The notes beneath the pieces were generated by a model. It had not been told where the DNA came from and did not search any database. It worked only from the letters and a program-made list of their open reading frames with translations. From Archaeoglobaceae archaeon (lineage in GTDB: Archaea; Halobacteriota; Archaeoglobi; Archaeoglobales; Archaeoglobaceae), in NCBI GenBank assembly GCA_038893835.1, contig JAWAQR010000007.1:1-54658 (forward strand): a DNA stretch of 54,658 nucleotides. The letters run 5' to 3'. The position numbers were made by a program, and so were the translations under genes. Of this stretch, positions 9,235 to 19,022 are shown piece after piece (the first letter of the stretch is position 1; every line of letters begins with the position of its first letter).

Positions 9235-10236
9235 ATGAAAATTGGAATAATTGGGGCAAGCGGCTATACTGGGGCAGAGTTGCTCAGATTACTCGCTTTT
9301 CATCCAGAAGTCGAAGTTTCCGCTGCGTCTTCTCGTAGATTTGAAGGAAAAGAGATATGGAAAGTACACAGATTTCTGAAGGGATTCTACAACGATCTAA
9401 AGTTTTGCAAACCTGAGATAGAAAAGTTTTCTGAATGCGATCTTGTTTTCACAGCAGTCCCACATGGAGAGGCGATGTTTTACGTTCCCAAACTACAAGA
9501 GGTTGGAATAAAAGTTGTAGACTTATCAGCAGACTACAGACTGCCAAAGGATGTTTATGAAAGGGTTTACGGTAAGGAACATTTAGGCTACATTAAGGCC
9601 ATATTCGGTCTTCCAGAGTTAAATAGGGAGGAAATAAGAAGGGCAAAACTTGTTGCAAATCCTGGGTGCTATTCAACAGTCGCTATACTAGCAGTAGCAC
9701 CTCTTGCAAAACTTGAACTCATAGAAAACGTCGTTTTTGACTGTAAAAGTGGAATTACTGGAGCTGGAGAAAGTCCTTCGGATTTTACACATTATCCAAA
9801 CTTGCACGAATCGATAGTCGTTTACAAGGTTACCGATCACCGTCATTATTACGAGATCGTTCAAGAGCTTAGAAAGTTGCAAGAAGACATAAAGATCCAC
9901 TTTACTCCGCAAGTCTTTCCGGGTTCCAGAGGGATTTTATGCAATGCTCACGTATTTCTACGCGGTGAACTCGAAAAAGAGGAGCTTTACAGGATCTATG
10001 AGGAATTTTACAGGGATTGCTTCTTCATAAGACTACAGGATGAAGTTAAATTGATCCAAGTCAGAGGAAGCAATTTCTGCGATATAGCAATATTTCCAAG
10101 CAAGGAGAGGACTGTAGTTGTTTCTGCAATCGACAACCTAGTCAAAGGGGCTAGTGGACAGGCAATTCAGAATATGAACCTGATGCTCGGCCTTGATGAG
10201 ACCTTGGGTCTGAAAATTCCTCCACTCTTCCCATGA
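9235..10236 (+). CDS. argC: N-acetyl-gamma-glutamyl-phosphate reductase
   Basis: GASGYTG, DLSADYR, ANPGCY, DNLVKGASGQAIQN. Confidence 0.95.
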   Translation: MKIGIIGASGYTGAELLRLLAFHPEVEVSAASSRRFEGKEIWKVHRFLKGFYNDLKFCKPEIEKFSECDLVFTAVPHGEAMFYVPKLQEVGIKVVDLSADYRLPKDVYERVYGKEHLGYIKAIFGLPELNREEIRRAKLVANPGCYSTVAILAVAPLAKLELIENVVFDCKSGITGAGESPSDFTHYPNLHESIVVYKVTDHRHYYEIVQELRKLQEDIKIHFTPQVFPGSRGILCNAHVFLRGELEKEELYRIYEEFYRDCFFIRLQDEVKLIQVRGSNFCDIAIFPSKERTVVVSAIDNLVKGASGQAIQNMNLMLGLDETLGLKIPPLFP

Positions 10237-10261
10237 TAAGATTTTTTAGTGGAAGGATAAC

Positions 10262-10489
10262 GTGAAAAGGATGGGAGAAGTGAGAATAAATCTCGGAAAA
10301 AAGGGTCTAACGGAAAATTTATTAAACGAAATAAAGCTGTTACTCGAAAAAAGGGGTGTTGTTAAGGTAAGGATTCTCAGAAATTCGGGGATGAGGGAAG
10401 ATAAAGAGAAGGTGGTGGAGGAATTGAGGAAAAGACTCAATTGTAAAATCAGAGATGTTAGGGGATTTGTCATAACTCTGGAGAGGTGA
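10262..10489 (+). CDS. YhbY/CRM-domain RNA-binding protein
   Basis: [22 protein letters not shown]; conserved position before rps19e. Confidence 0.85.
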   Translation: MKRMGEVRINLGKKGLTENLLNEIKLLLEKRGVVKVRILRNSGMREDKEKVVEELRKRLNCKIRDVRGFVITLER

Positions 10490-10493
10490 TCTT

Positions 10494-10934
10494 ATGAGCG
10501 TGTTTGACGTTCCAGCTGAATTACTGATAAAAAAAGTTGCTGAGAAATTGAAAGATATGATATCTCCACCCGAATGGGCAGCTTTTGTTAAAACTGGAGT
10601 GAATCGTGAAAGGGCACCGGAACAGAAAGACTGGTGGTATACGAGGGTGGCATCGATCCTGCGCAGAATTTATATAGATGGCCCTGTTGGCATAGAAAGG
10701 CTCAGGACTTTCTATGGAGGCAGAAAAAGAAGGGGCGTTAGACCAGCCCATTTTGCAAAAGGAAGTGGTGCGATAATAAGGAATGCTCTTCATCAGCTCG
10801 AACAGCTGGGATATGTGACTAAGACCAAAGAAGGAAGGGTTATAACCCCAGAGGGGAGAGCTTTCTTGGATAGGATAGCGAATGAGATTAAGAAGGAGCT
10901 TGCAGAAAAAATACCTGAGCTCAAAAAATATTAG
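10494..10934 (+). CDS. rps19e: 30S ribosomal protein S19e
   Basis: [30 protein letters not shown]. Confidence 0.97.
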   Translation: MSVFDVPAELLIKKVAEKLKDMISPPEWAAFVKTGVNRERAPEQKDWWYTRVASILRRIYIDGPVGIERLRTFYGGRKRRGVRPAHFAKGSGAIIRNALHQLEQLGYVTKTKEGRVITPEGRAFLDRIANEIKKELAEKIPELKKY

Positions 10935-11270
10935 GTGAGGGATATGGAGGACATCGAAGAGATTCGAAGGAGAAAACTGCTCGAATTGCAAAGACAGAGA
11001 GAGCTAGAAGAGCTTAGGAGGCAGGAGGAAGCAAGAAGACAAATGGAAGCTCAAAAACAAGCGATTTTGAGAATGATTCTTGAACCAGAAGCCAGAGAAA
11101 GGCTTGCTAGATTGAAGTTAGCGCATCCAGATATAGCTGAAGCTGTAGAGACTCAGCTCGTTTATTTAGCACAAGCCGGCAAGATTCAGACTAAAATAAC
11201 GGATGAAATGCTTGTAGAAATACTCAGGAAAGTGCAGAAAAGAAGAGAAACAAAGATCATTAGGAAGTGA
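10935..11270 (+). CDS. PDCD5-like DNA-binding protein
   Basis: [30 protein letters not shown]. Confidence 0.9.
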   Translation: MRDMEDIEEIRRRKLLELQRQRELEELRRQEEARRQMEAQKQAILRMILEPEARERLARLKLAHPDIAEAVETQLVYLAQAGKIQTKITDEMLVEILRKVQKRRETKIIRK

Positions 11271-11275
11271 TTTTT

Positions 11276-11428
11276 ATGGGAAAGAAAACTCTAGGCGTCA
11301 AACTCAGACTTGCAAAGGCTTTGAAGCAAAACGTGAGGGCACCTGTATGGGTAACTATAAAGACAAAACGTAGAGTTTTTACCAGCCCAAAGAGAAGGTA
11401 TTGGAGGAGAAAGAAGTTGAAGATCTGA
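11276..11428 (+). CDS. rpl39e: 50S ribosomal protein L39e (missed by the ORF track)
   Basis: Manual translation [50 protein letters not shown]; canonical synteny. Confidence 0.95.
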   Translation: MGKKTLGVKLRLAKALKQNVRAPVWVTIKTKRRVFTSPKRRYWRRKKLKI

Positions 11429-11438
11429 GGTGTCTTCT

Positions 11439-11705
11439 ATGGCGAATATTCAACTTGAGAGGATTTATTCCTTAAGGCTCAGACAAAAACTTGTAAGATA
11501 TCCCAGATGGCTCAGATCGAAGAAGGCTGTGAAGTACATAAGAAACTTCCTAAGCAGACACATGAAAGTTCCACCGGAAAACGTCAAGATAGATGAAAAA
11601 GTCAACGAACTGCTGTGGAGTAGGGGAGCAAAATGGGCCCCGGCTAGGATAAGGTTAAGAGCCGTGAAGTTTGATGATGGTATCGTTGAAGTGGAGCTGG
11701 CATGA
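11439..11705 (+). CDS. rpl31e: 50S ribosomal protein L31e
   Basis: ERIYSLRLR, PRWLRSKKAV, RHMK, NELLWSRG; GAGGTG SD upstream. Confidence 0.95.
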   Translation: MANIQLERIYSLRLRQKLVRYPRWLRSKKAVKYIRNFLSRHMKVPPENVKIDEKVNELLWSRGAKWAPARIRLRAVKFDDGIVEVELA

Positions 11706-12352
11706 AGCTCCTTGCAATTCGCGGTAGCCCATTGATTGGTCTTTATGCGAAGGTATCGGAGAATTTCGCAATCCTTGGAGTTCAAGATGAAAAATTTGAA
11801 CAGGCTTTGAGGGAAGTGCTTGGAGTTGAAGTTGTTGTGACCACAATTTCAGGTTCAGAACTAGTTGGAGCGATGATAGCGCTGAATTCTAGAGGAGCAG
11901 TAGTTTGTGACAGCGTCACTTCCAAGGAACTTGAAAAGCTAAAAAAAGTACTCGAAGTAAAAATTGTGAGCACTCCAATGACCTGCCTTGGTAACAATTT
12001 CATAGTGAACGATTTCGGCGGTTTAGCACATCCCGAAGTTCCAGAAAACATAGTTAATGAGGTTTCTGAATTTCTCGACATCGAAATAGCACCCGGAACT
12101 TTAGGAGGAATAAAGACTGTTGGAATGGCTGCAGTTGTTACAAACAAAGGAGCACTTGTTCATCCGAATGCAAACGATTGGGAAATGAGAAAACTGAAAA
12201 ACCTGATGAAAGTTGAACCCTTAAAGGGGACTGCAAATTTTGGTAACGATATGGTTGGCTCAAGCGTTCTTGCAAACTCCAAAGGTTTTCTGGTAGGTAA
12301 AGATACGACAGGTTATGAACTCGGGATAATTGAAGAGGCTCTCTTTCCGTGA
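11702..12352 (+). CDS. eif6: Translation initiation factor 6 (aIF6)
   Basis: Repeated IG/VG motifs, NKGALVHP, GTANFG, TTGYEL. Confidence 0.95.
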   Translation: MKLLAIRGSPLIGLYAKVSENFAILGVQDEKFEQALREVLGVEVVVTTISGSELVGAMIALNSRGAVVCDSVTSKELEKLKKVLEVKIVSTPMTCLGNNFIVNDFGGLAHPEVPENIVNEVSEFLDIEIAPGTLGGIKTVGMAAVVTNKGALVHPNANDWEMRKLKNLMKVEPLKGTANFGNDMVGSSVLANSKGFLVGKDTTGYELGIIEEALFP

Positions 12353-12362
12353 GGTGATCATT

Positions 12363-12539
12363 TTGTTCGAGATTAGGGGATATTACAAGGATCAGGATGG
12401 GTGGAAGAAGTTCAGTAAGATTATAAATGCTAAAAGTGAAAAACTCGCAATTGAAAAGTTGTACTCAATAATAGGGAGCAATCACAAAGTTAAGAGGCAT
12501 CTGATAAAAATAGAAGAGATAAAGAAGGTGGGTGAATGA
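12363..12539 (+). CDS. rpl18a: 50S ribosomal protein LX (L18Ae/L20e)
   Basis: FSKII.A....AIEKLYSIIGSNHKVKR; TTG start 5 nt after GAGGTGA SD. Confidence 0.9.
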   Translation: MFEIRGYYKDQDGWKKFSKIINAKSEKLAIEKLYSIIGSNHKVKRHLIKIEEIKKVGE

Positions 12540-12943
12540 AGGAAATCGAGGAGAAAGTTGCAATGCTACAGCAGCTTCAAAGGGAAATTGAGCTGCTGCA
12601 AAGGAGAATTGTGGAACTTGAGGTACTCGCAAATGAGTATAGGAGAGCTATATCTACTCTTGAATTTCTAAAGTCGTCCGAAGGGGCTATAAATGCTTTG
12701 ATAAGCCTTGGCGGAGGAGTTTTTGGTTATGCGGATATAAAGGAAACAAAAAGGTTTCTAGTAAACGTTGGTTCCGGAATAATAGTTGAAAAAGAAGCAG
12801 AAAGTGCTCTCGATTTTGTGAAGAAAAAGCTTGAAGAGGTTGAAAAAGCTAGTGCAGAAGCGACAAATACGCTGCGAAGTTTTGCAGTCCAAGCTTCAAA
12901 ACTTCAGCGGGAAATAGCAGAACTTTCAAAACAGGAGAAGTAG
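12536..12943 (+). CDS. pfdA: Prefoldin alpha subunit
   Basis: Coiled coils flanking LISLGGGVF and VNVGSGIIVEK; synteny. Confidence 0.92.
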   Translation: MKEIEEKVAMLQQLQREIELLQRRIVELEVLANEYRRAISTLEFLKSSEGAINALISLGGGVFGYADIKETKRFLVNVGSGIIVEKEAESALDFVKKKLEEVEKASAEATNTLRSFAVQASKLQREIAELSKQEK

Positions 12944-12944
12944 A

Positions 12945-13886
12945 ATGTTCAAAGTCCTTAAGGAGAAACTGAAGCAAATAAAGGAAAAGATAGATATCAG
13001 CGAGGCGAAGGAGAAGATCTCTGCACTAATAAGTGGGGAAACTATTATAAGTGCAGAAAAAGTGGACGAAATTCTTGACGATCTCGAAATAGCTCTTCTT
13101 GAGAGCGATGTTGCCTTCGATGTGGTTACAGAAATCAGAGAAAAGATGAAGCAGAAACTGGATGGTAAAAGAAAGAAGATTGGAGAAAGTCTATATCAGA
13201 TTGTTGAAAATGAACTTAAGCGGACCATTATGGAGATCCTCGAGAGAAACTACTACGATATTGAGGAGGAGGTTGATAGAAGACTGAAAGTGAAGAGACC
13301 GCTGAATTTGGTCTTTGTCGGTGTAAATGGCACTGGAAAGACGACGACGATTGCAAAAGTTGCAAAGAGATTTATGGACAGATACAGTGTAGTGATAGCT
13401 GCTGGAGACACTTTTAGAGCAGGGGCAATTGAACAGCTTGAAGAACATGCAAGGAAACTTGGAGTTAGATTGATAAAGCATAAACAGGGCTCTGACCCTG
13501 CAGCAGTCATTTTCGATGCGATAAAGCATGCTGAAAGCAAGGGGATAGACATAGTTTTGGCAGATACCGCTGGAAGAATGCATACGAAGAAGAACTTGCT
13601 AGATCAGCTTGAAAAAATAAAAAGAGTTACAAAACCAGATTTTATAATATTTGTAGATGAAAGTATTGCTGGCAACGATGCTGTGGAAAGGGCGAGAATG
13701 TTCAACGAGTCAGTTGGAATAGATGGGACGATCTTGACAAAAATAGATGCTGATGCAAAAGGTGGAACGGCTATTTCAATTTGCTATGTAACTCAAAAAC
13801 CGATTTTTTATCTCGGAACTGGTCAGGGATATGATGACTTGATCAAATTCAATGCAAAATGGCTCGTTGAAAGGATCTTTTCATGA
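12945..13886 (+). CDS. ftsY: Signal recognition particle receptor FtsY
   Basis: GVNGTGKTTT, DTFRAGA, DTAGR, TKIDADAKGG, GTGQGYDDL. Confidence 0.97.
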   Translation: MFKVLKEKLKQIKEKIDISEAKEKISALISGETIISAEKVDEILDDLEIALLESDVAFDVVTEIREKMKQKLDGKRKKIGESLYQIVENELKRTIMEILERNYYDIEEEVDRRLKVKRPLNLVFVGVNGTGKTTTIAKVAKRFMDRYSVVIAAGDTFRAGAIEQLEEHARKLGVRLIKHKQGSDPAAVIFDAIKHAESKGIDIVLADTAGRMHTKKNLLDQLEKIKRVTKPDFIIFVDESIAGNDAVERARMFNESVGIDGTILTKIDADAKGGTAISICYVTQKPIFYLGTGQGYDDLIKFNAKWLVERIFS

Positions 13887-14512
13887 AAGTCGTCGTTCCT
13901 TTTAAACCCATAAATCCAAAATCTAGGCTTTCAAGCATTCTAAATGAAAGGGAAAGAGAGGAGCTAGCAAAATTCATGTTACTCGATGTTTTGAACACCC
14001 TAAATAAATTAGGGGTTGAAGTAAAGGTTATAACTACCTCAAAACTGCCATTTGAAGTAAGTGCTGCTGAAGTCGTGGAAGATAAAAGAGAACTGGATGA
14101 ATGTGTGAATTCCGAATTATCTGAAGTTCCAAAAGCTATTGTGATGTCGGATTTACCCTTGTTAAATGTAGAAACATTGAAGAGGTTCTTTGAAATGAAA
14201 GAAGACGTAGTAATCGCTCCAGGAAGAAAAGGGGGTACAAACATGCTCCTAGTTAGAAAAAAGGGCTTCAGAGTCTCATATCATTACTGCAGTTTCCTGA
14301 AACACATAAAGATTGCAAAAAGTCTTGGAATGTCATATCGAGTCTTTGACTCTTTCTTCTCTTCAATAGACATCGACAGTGAAGAAGACCTGCTTGAGCT
14401 GATGATTCATGGAGAAGGGAAGCTATCAAAGTCATTTCTCGAGAGAATAGGATTTCAGCTTGAAATGACCAAAATACCGCAAATCGTTAGAAGGAAAACA
14501 GTAGAGTTGTAG
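13883..14512 (+). CDS. cofC: 2-phospho-L-lactate/PEP guanylyltransferase (F420 biosynthesis)
   Basis: VPFK...KSRLS, MSDLPL, GGTN, DIDSEEDL. Confidence 0.92.
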   Translation: MKVVVPFKPINPKSRLSSILNEREREELAKFMLLDVLNTLNKLGVEVKVITTSKLPFEVSAAEVVEDKRELDECVNSELSEVPKAIVMSDLPLLNVETLKRFFEMKEDVVIAPGRKGGTNMLLVRKKGFRVSYHYCSFLKHIKIAKSLGMSYRVFDSFFSSIDIDSEEDLLELMIHGEGKLSKSFLERIGFQLEMTKIPQIVRRKTVEL

Positions 14513-14527
14513 GATAAACTTTTAAAA

Positions 14528-15628
14528 TCAATCAAAACGATTAAAAAGCACGTCTCTACAAAATCCCAAGTTCAGCGATTTTGAAATCCAAAAAGCTGTG
14601 TAGAATATTAGAATACTAGCAGATAATATAAATGGAGCTTCTTGAGCTATCGAGAAGAGAGATACGCCAAGAAGTCTGCCAAAGCCTGCGGAGATTTCCC
14701 ACGAAATACCTGCTAATGCTATCATCGTCCCTCTTTGTTCCTCTCTCCTCGCATATATGTTTTCCAATGCAGAATCTGCAAGTATCAAAGCCATATCCCC
14801 TAGGGCGACCAATAGAATTGCTATCATTAGCACTGGCGCAATTGCGAGAGAGCCATATATCAGGGCTTGGACAATTGTTGCAATCACATGCAGCTTCACG
14901 GTTCCCATTCTGCTCAGTAATGGTGTAGAAAGGAGAATTGCAATCGAAGAGAAAAGTGAAGCCAATGAGAACATGAATGCAATTGCCTTTTCATCTTTGA
15001 ATTTCATTGCCAAGTAATAATCAACGTTCAGACTCGAAAGTCCGAGTGCAAAGCCCAGAATTGAAAGAATTAGGCACACATCCCTAGCTTTCATTGGATT
15101 ATGACACTTTTCCAGCTTTGTCGTCTTCGCAATTCCATAGTATCCAAGTCCGGCTAAAGAAAGTAGCAGCAGCGCTGGATGGTAAAGATGTAAAAAGACG
15201 AGAATTGAACCAATTGCTGAACCAAGTAAATTGGATGAATGTGCGAGAAGGAGATTTTTGGTCTTATCACTTGCAATATAGACCAAGGTGACGTAATGGG
15301 CTCCTATGTAAATTCCAAACAAAATCGTTGCCAGTATCATCTGCGAGTTCTCCATCGCCACCACTGCCAATCCTAGCAATGCAATGGAGAGAGCTGGAAA
15401 TCTGTATCCCTTATCCATTAATCTGCCCACAGCCAGATAGGATGCAATCGTCGATATCGAGCTCAAAAATGCTAAGTAACCATAGCTATCCACAACATCG
15501 CTCTCAATTAGCGAGGGGATGAAGAGGGAAAGGGAGATTCCCCAGACTATTCCGAGTGATAGTTCGAGGATTATGAGAAGCATAGACTTCACCTCGTAAA
15601 GTTTTTGATAGAATATACTCTGTACCAT
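14528..15628 (-). CDS. Divergent MFS-type transporter
   Basis: About 11-12 hydrophobic segments, GRLMDKGYR motif-A-like sequence, EQRG; start may be the later Met. Confidence 0.7.
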   Translation of the reverse strand: MVQSIFYQKLYEVKSMLLIILELSLGIVWGISLSLFIPSLIESDVVDSYGYLAFLSSISTIASYLAVGRLMDKGYRFPALSIALLGLAVVAMENSQMILATILFGIYIGAHYVTLVYIASDKTKNLLLAHSSNLLGSAIGSILVFLHLYHPALLLLSLAGLGYYGIAKTTKLEKCHNPMKARDVCLILSILGFALGLSSLNVDYYLAMKFKDEKAIAFMFSLASLFSSIAILLSTPLLSRMGTVKLHVIATIVQALIYGSLAIAPVLMIAILLVALGDMALILADSALENIYARREEQRGTMIALAGISWEISAGFGRLLGVSLFSIAQEAPFILSASILIFYTAFWISKSLNLGFCRDVLFNRFD

Positions 15629-15688
15629 CTATGATTTGCGACTTAAATAATTTTCGTTGCAATTTTTAATCAAGTTTTCTAATGATAG

Positions 15689-15716
15689 CACTTCCATAGA
15701 CAAAGCTATGGAAATG
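15689..15716. promoter_or_regulatory. Inverted-repeat operator candidate upstream of BRE/TATA
   Basis: CACTTCCATAG-ACAAAG-CTATGGAAATG (perfect 8 bp arms, 10/11 when extended), just upstream of CGAAAGATTTATAAA. Confidence 0.45.
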
Positions 15717-15772
15717 GATAAAAACGAAAGATTTATAAACAATAACATTTAATTATTAAAAAAGGTGGGAGA

Positions 15773-17068
15773 GTGAAGGTTGACATCAAATATTGGATCG
15801 ATGTATTTGGGGGGAAGTTGGAAAAGTTTAGCATAGAGCTGAAACCCTTCGGTTTTAGAATGGCTCCTATAACATATTGGAAAACCTTGGTTGCAGACAG
15901 AGATACTGTGGTTGAGAAGGGAAAACCTTGCATCGTTAAAGTAAAAACCATAACTTTGCCAGCAAATACTTTTGTAGGACCATTGAACATAATGCGTCAC
16001 GCTCTGGGTTGCGTTCTTGATGTGGTTGAATGTGGAGTTCCCACAAGGGTGGAGGAGGAGAAGTGTATAAACAACGTTGTCTTTCTCCCAATAGAGAGTG
16101 GAGAAATAAAAAAGGGAGATATAGTTGGAGTTCTAAAAGTATTCTTCGTGAGAACGGGACTTCTAGGTAAAACCCTAGGATTTGCACAGCCAAAAGTTGA
16201 AATGGTAAAGGAAAAAGTAACTGGAAACATTGTCTGGAGAGACGATGGGAATGTTTACAGAGAAAGAGTTGAAGTTGAAGACTTTGGATACAAAAGGACC
16301 CACATAGCTCTTTGGGAGCCATTGGTAGCTGATGAAGACGTGAGTGTCAGGGCAGGTGAAGTTAAAAGGATAAAGATAAGGGAGATAAACATCCCTTCTG
16401 ACACGATAGTGGTCCCCATTGGATTCATGATGAACGCCTATGGTTCTGTGATAGACGTAGTTCAGTTGGGAAGACCTTCAAAGGTGGAAGAGGAGAAGAG
16501 AATAAATGAAGTCGTCTTTTTGGCAGTGGAAGATGGAAAAATAGAGAAAATGGATCTTCTAGGAGTTTTATTGATTTACTTCATAGGTTTAGAGGATTTC
16601 AGACCAATAATAACTGGTAAGCCCAAAGATTTCACTTTCGTTTACAGAAGTGGAAGGGGGGTTATAAGAAAGGCTATGAGGACAGATCCATTTGGTTTCA
16701 GAAGATCTCCAATTGGGAGATGGGAAGTGTTGATTGCTGATGAGAAAAAGAAGCTGGAAAAAGGTAAGCCAGCTCTTGTTTCGATTAAAAAGATAAAATT
16801 GCCTAAAAATACGCTGATATATCCAATGAGGTTAATGAGGAACCCATATGCAGTCTTTATAGATACAATTCTTGAAAGAATAGCTAGAGTTGAAGAGGAA
16901 AAAGTGATTAGCCAAGTTATTTTGCTCCCACTGCTGGATGGAGAAGTAGATAAAGGAGATCTCCTGGGTATAATCAATATCTATAATGTCGAGGTCGGTT
17001 TGGTTGAAAAAGTAAGGAGCTGGGTGGAGGAGTGGATTGAAGCGCAGCAGAAAATCTTGTATGAATGA
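15773..17068 (+). CDS. DUF22-type protein with three tandem repeats
   Basis: Three copies of W..L(V/I)AD...I.(L/I)P..T...VEEEK.I..V..L....G.(I/V).K.D..G. Confidence 0.75.
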   Translation: MKVDIKYWIDVFGGKLEKFSIELKPFGFRMAPITYWKTLVADRDTVVEKGKPCIVKVKTITLPANTFVGPLNIMRHALGCVLDVVECGVPTRVEEEKCINNVVFLPIESGEIKKGDIVGVLKVFFVRTGLLGKTLGFAQPKVEMVKEKVTGNIVWRDDGNVYRERVEVEDFGYKRTHIALWEPLVADEDVSVRAGEVKRIKIREINIPSDTIVVPIGFMMNAYGSVIDVVQLGRPSKVEEEKRINEVVFLAVEDGKIEKMDLLGVLLIYFIGLEDFRPIITGKPKDFTFVYRSGRGVIRKAMRTDPFGFRRSPIGRWEVLIADEKKKLEKGKPALVSIKKIKLPKNTLIYPMRLMRNPYAVFIDTILERIARVEEEKVISQVILLPLLDGEVDKGDLLGIINIYNVEVGLVEKVRSWVEEWIEAQQKILYE

Positions 17069-17122
17069 TTGAATCAAGGAATCAAGATAGTTTTTAAATC
17101 TCCAAGCTTGTCTAGATCTGCT

Positions 17123-17935
17123 ATGGAATTCATCGAAAGATATGATGGTTGTGGGTTAGTGATCGCTGTTAGAAAAAAGCTTGCCGAAGCTTTTGGAATT
17201 CAAAAAGTGGAGATATTTGAAACTGAGAGCTTTGGAAAAATGCTGGTGATAGATGGCAAGATTCAGGTTACCGAGTTTGATGAGTATTTATATCATGAAA
17301 TGCTGGTTCATGTACCGATGAACAGTTGTAGAAAGGCTGAGAAAGTTTTAATAGTTGGCGGTGGTGATGGAGGGGCTTTGAGAGAGGTTTTAAAGCATGA
17401 CGTCAAAAAGGTCGTGCTCGTTGAAGTTGATAAAAATGTGATAGAGCTCTGCAGAAAATTTTTAAAGATAGATCATGGAGCTTTTGATGATCCGAGAGTT
17501 GAAGTCGTGATCGAGGATGGAAAAAAGTTTCTGGAACACTGCGAGAATTTCGATGTCATAATAGTAGATGGGACAGATCCAGTAGGTGTTAGCGATCCCC
17601 TTTTCAGTAAAGATTTCTTCGAATTATGCAATGAAAAGAGCAAAGTCTTTTGCAGCCAAGCTCAGTCACCTTTGATTCAGAAAGATCTTTTTAGAAAGAT
17701 GCTGATAAATTCTTCTGTGATTAGAAACAGAACTGTTTTTACCTCTTTCATTCCAACTTATCCCTTAGCCTTTTGGGCCTTCATAATTGGGGGAGATTAC
17801 AGCTTTAAATACGTTAGAAGGAAGTACAGAAAGTTAATGGGGAAGACAAGACACTACAATCCCGAAATCCACTTTTCATCCTTCTATTTACCTGAATGGC
17901 TAAAAGAGGAGATAAGAAATGCTGACCGAAGATGA
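17123..17935 (+). CDS. speE: Polyamine aminopropyltransferase (spermidine synthase)
   Basis: FGKMLVIDG.IQ...DEYLYHEMLVH, GGGDGG, VEVD, IIVDGTDP; ATG at 17123 lies about 25 nt after TTTTAAA. Confidence 0.93.
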   Translation: MEFIERYDGCGLVIAVRKKLAEAFGIQKVEIFETESFGKMLVIDGKIQVTEFDEYLYHEMLVHVPMNSCRKAEKVLIVGGGDGGALREVLKHDVKKVVLVEVDKNVIELCRKFLKIDHGAFDDPRVEVVIEDGKKFLEHCENFDVIIVDGTDPVGVSDPLFSKDFFELCNEKSKVFCSQAQSPLIQKDLFRKMLINSSVIRNRTVFTSFIPTYPLAFWAFIIGGDYSFKYVRRKYRKLMGKTRHYNPEIHFSSFYLPEWLKEEIRNADRR

Positions 17936-19022
17936 ACTTGAAGCGATGGGAATAGATGAGAAATGTACCAGAATTCTTTTAGCTCTTGCAAGAATTTACA
18001 GAGCAGATGGGTTTGTTGAAATAACTTCTGCCCACGTTTCTGGTGTTAGCTTTGACAACATTGGTGAAGAGGGGCTGGAATGGCTTAGATCCATTAAGGG
18101 AAAAGTGAAGGTTCCAACCACACTTAATCCAGCTGGTATAGATTTGAATAGATGGAAAGAAATGGGAATAAGTGATGAATTCTATAAAAAACAGCTTGAA
18201 GTTATAGAAGTATTTGAAAAACTTGGAGTCGAGATTTCGTTAACATGCACTCCCTATTATCTTAAAAAACCAAAAATCGGTGAGCATTTGGCTTGGGCAG
18301 AAAGTTCGGCGATAGTTTATGCAAACTCTGTATTGGGAGCGAGAACGAATAGAGAAAGCGGCATCAGTGCACTGGCCGCAGCTATTGCTGGGGTAACCCC
18401 TTACTATGGGCTTCATATAAAAGAGAATAGAGCTCCCACGATTTCTGTAAAAGCTTCTGGAGATTTGTCCATAGTCGGATACAAAGCTGGATTTGAGCTT
18501 CCAGGGGAGATTCCATATTTCATTTTTGACAGATCTGTAACCGTGGATGAGTTGAAACTTCTTTCAGCCTCCATTGCTGCAACTGGCAACATTTCTATGT
18601 TCCACGCTGAAGGTTTGACTCCTGAATGGAAGGACTTCGATAAGCCGAGTGAAGTAGTTGAAATTGAGGGTAAAATTGAAAAGAGTTGCCACGCAGAATT
18701 AATCGCAATTGGCTGTCCCCACTGTTCCAGAGAGGAGTTAGAGGAAATTCTGAAGCTTTTAGGTGGCAGGAGAGTTAAAAGGACCTTATGGATTTTCACA
18801 TCTCGAAGGGTTGCAATGGAGTCTGAAAAAATCGTTAAAAAATTGGAAGAGTTGGGAGCAAAGGTTTTTTTGGACACCTGCATGGTAGTCTCTCCAGCTA
18901 CGGAGAAGTTTAAATGTGTCATGGTAAACTCCGGAAAAGCTTTGGAATACTTGCCAAAAAAGAGAAAGGTGGATGTTGCTTTTGGTAGCTTAAAAGATTG
19001 CATTGAAGCTTCTTTAAGCTAA
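17919..19022 (+). CDS. Aconitase X catalytic subunit (probable phosphomevalonate dehydratase large subunit)
   Basis: SAHVSGV, TTLNP, TCTPY, WAESSA..ANSVLGARTNRE, GCPH, DTC, NSGKA. Confidence 0.88.
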   Translation: MLTEDELEAMGIDEKCTRILLALARIYRADGFVEITSAHVSGVSFDNIGEEGLEWLRSIKGKVKVPTTLNPAGIDLNRWKEMGISDEFYKKQLEVIEVFEKLGVEISLTCTPYYLKKPKIGEHLAWAESSAIVYANSVLGARTNRESGISALAAAIAGVTPYYGLHIKENRAPTISVKASGDLSIVGYKAGFELPGEIPYFIFDRSVTVDELKLLSASIAATGNISMFHAEGLTPEWKDFDKPSEVVEIEGKIEKSCHAELIAIGCPHCSREELEEILKLLGGRRVKRTLWIFTSRRVAMESEKIVKKLEELGAKVFLDTCMVVSPATEKFKCVMVNSGKALEYLPKKRKVDVAFGSLKDCIEASLS

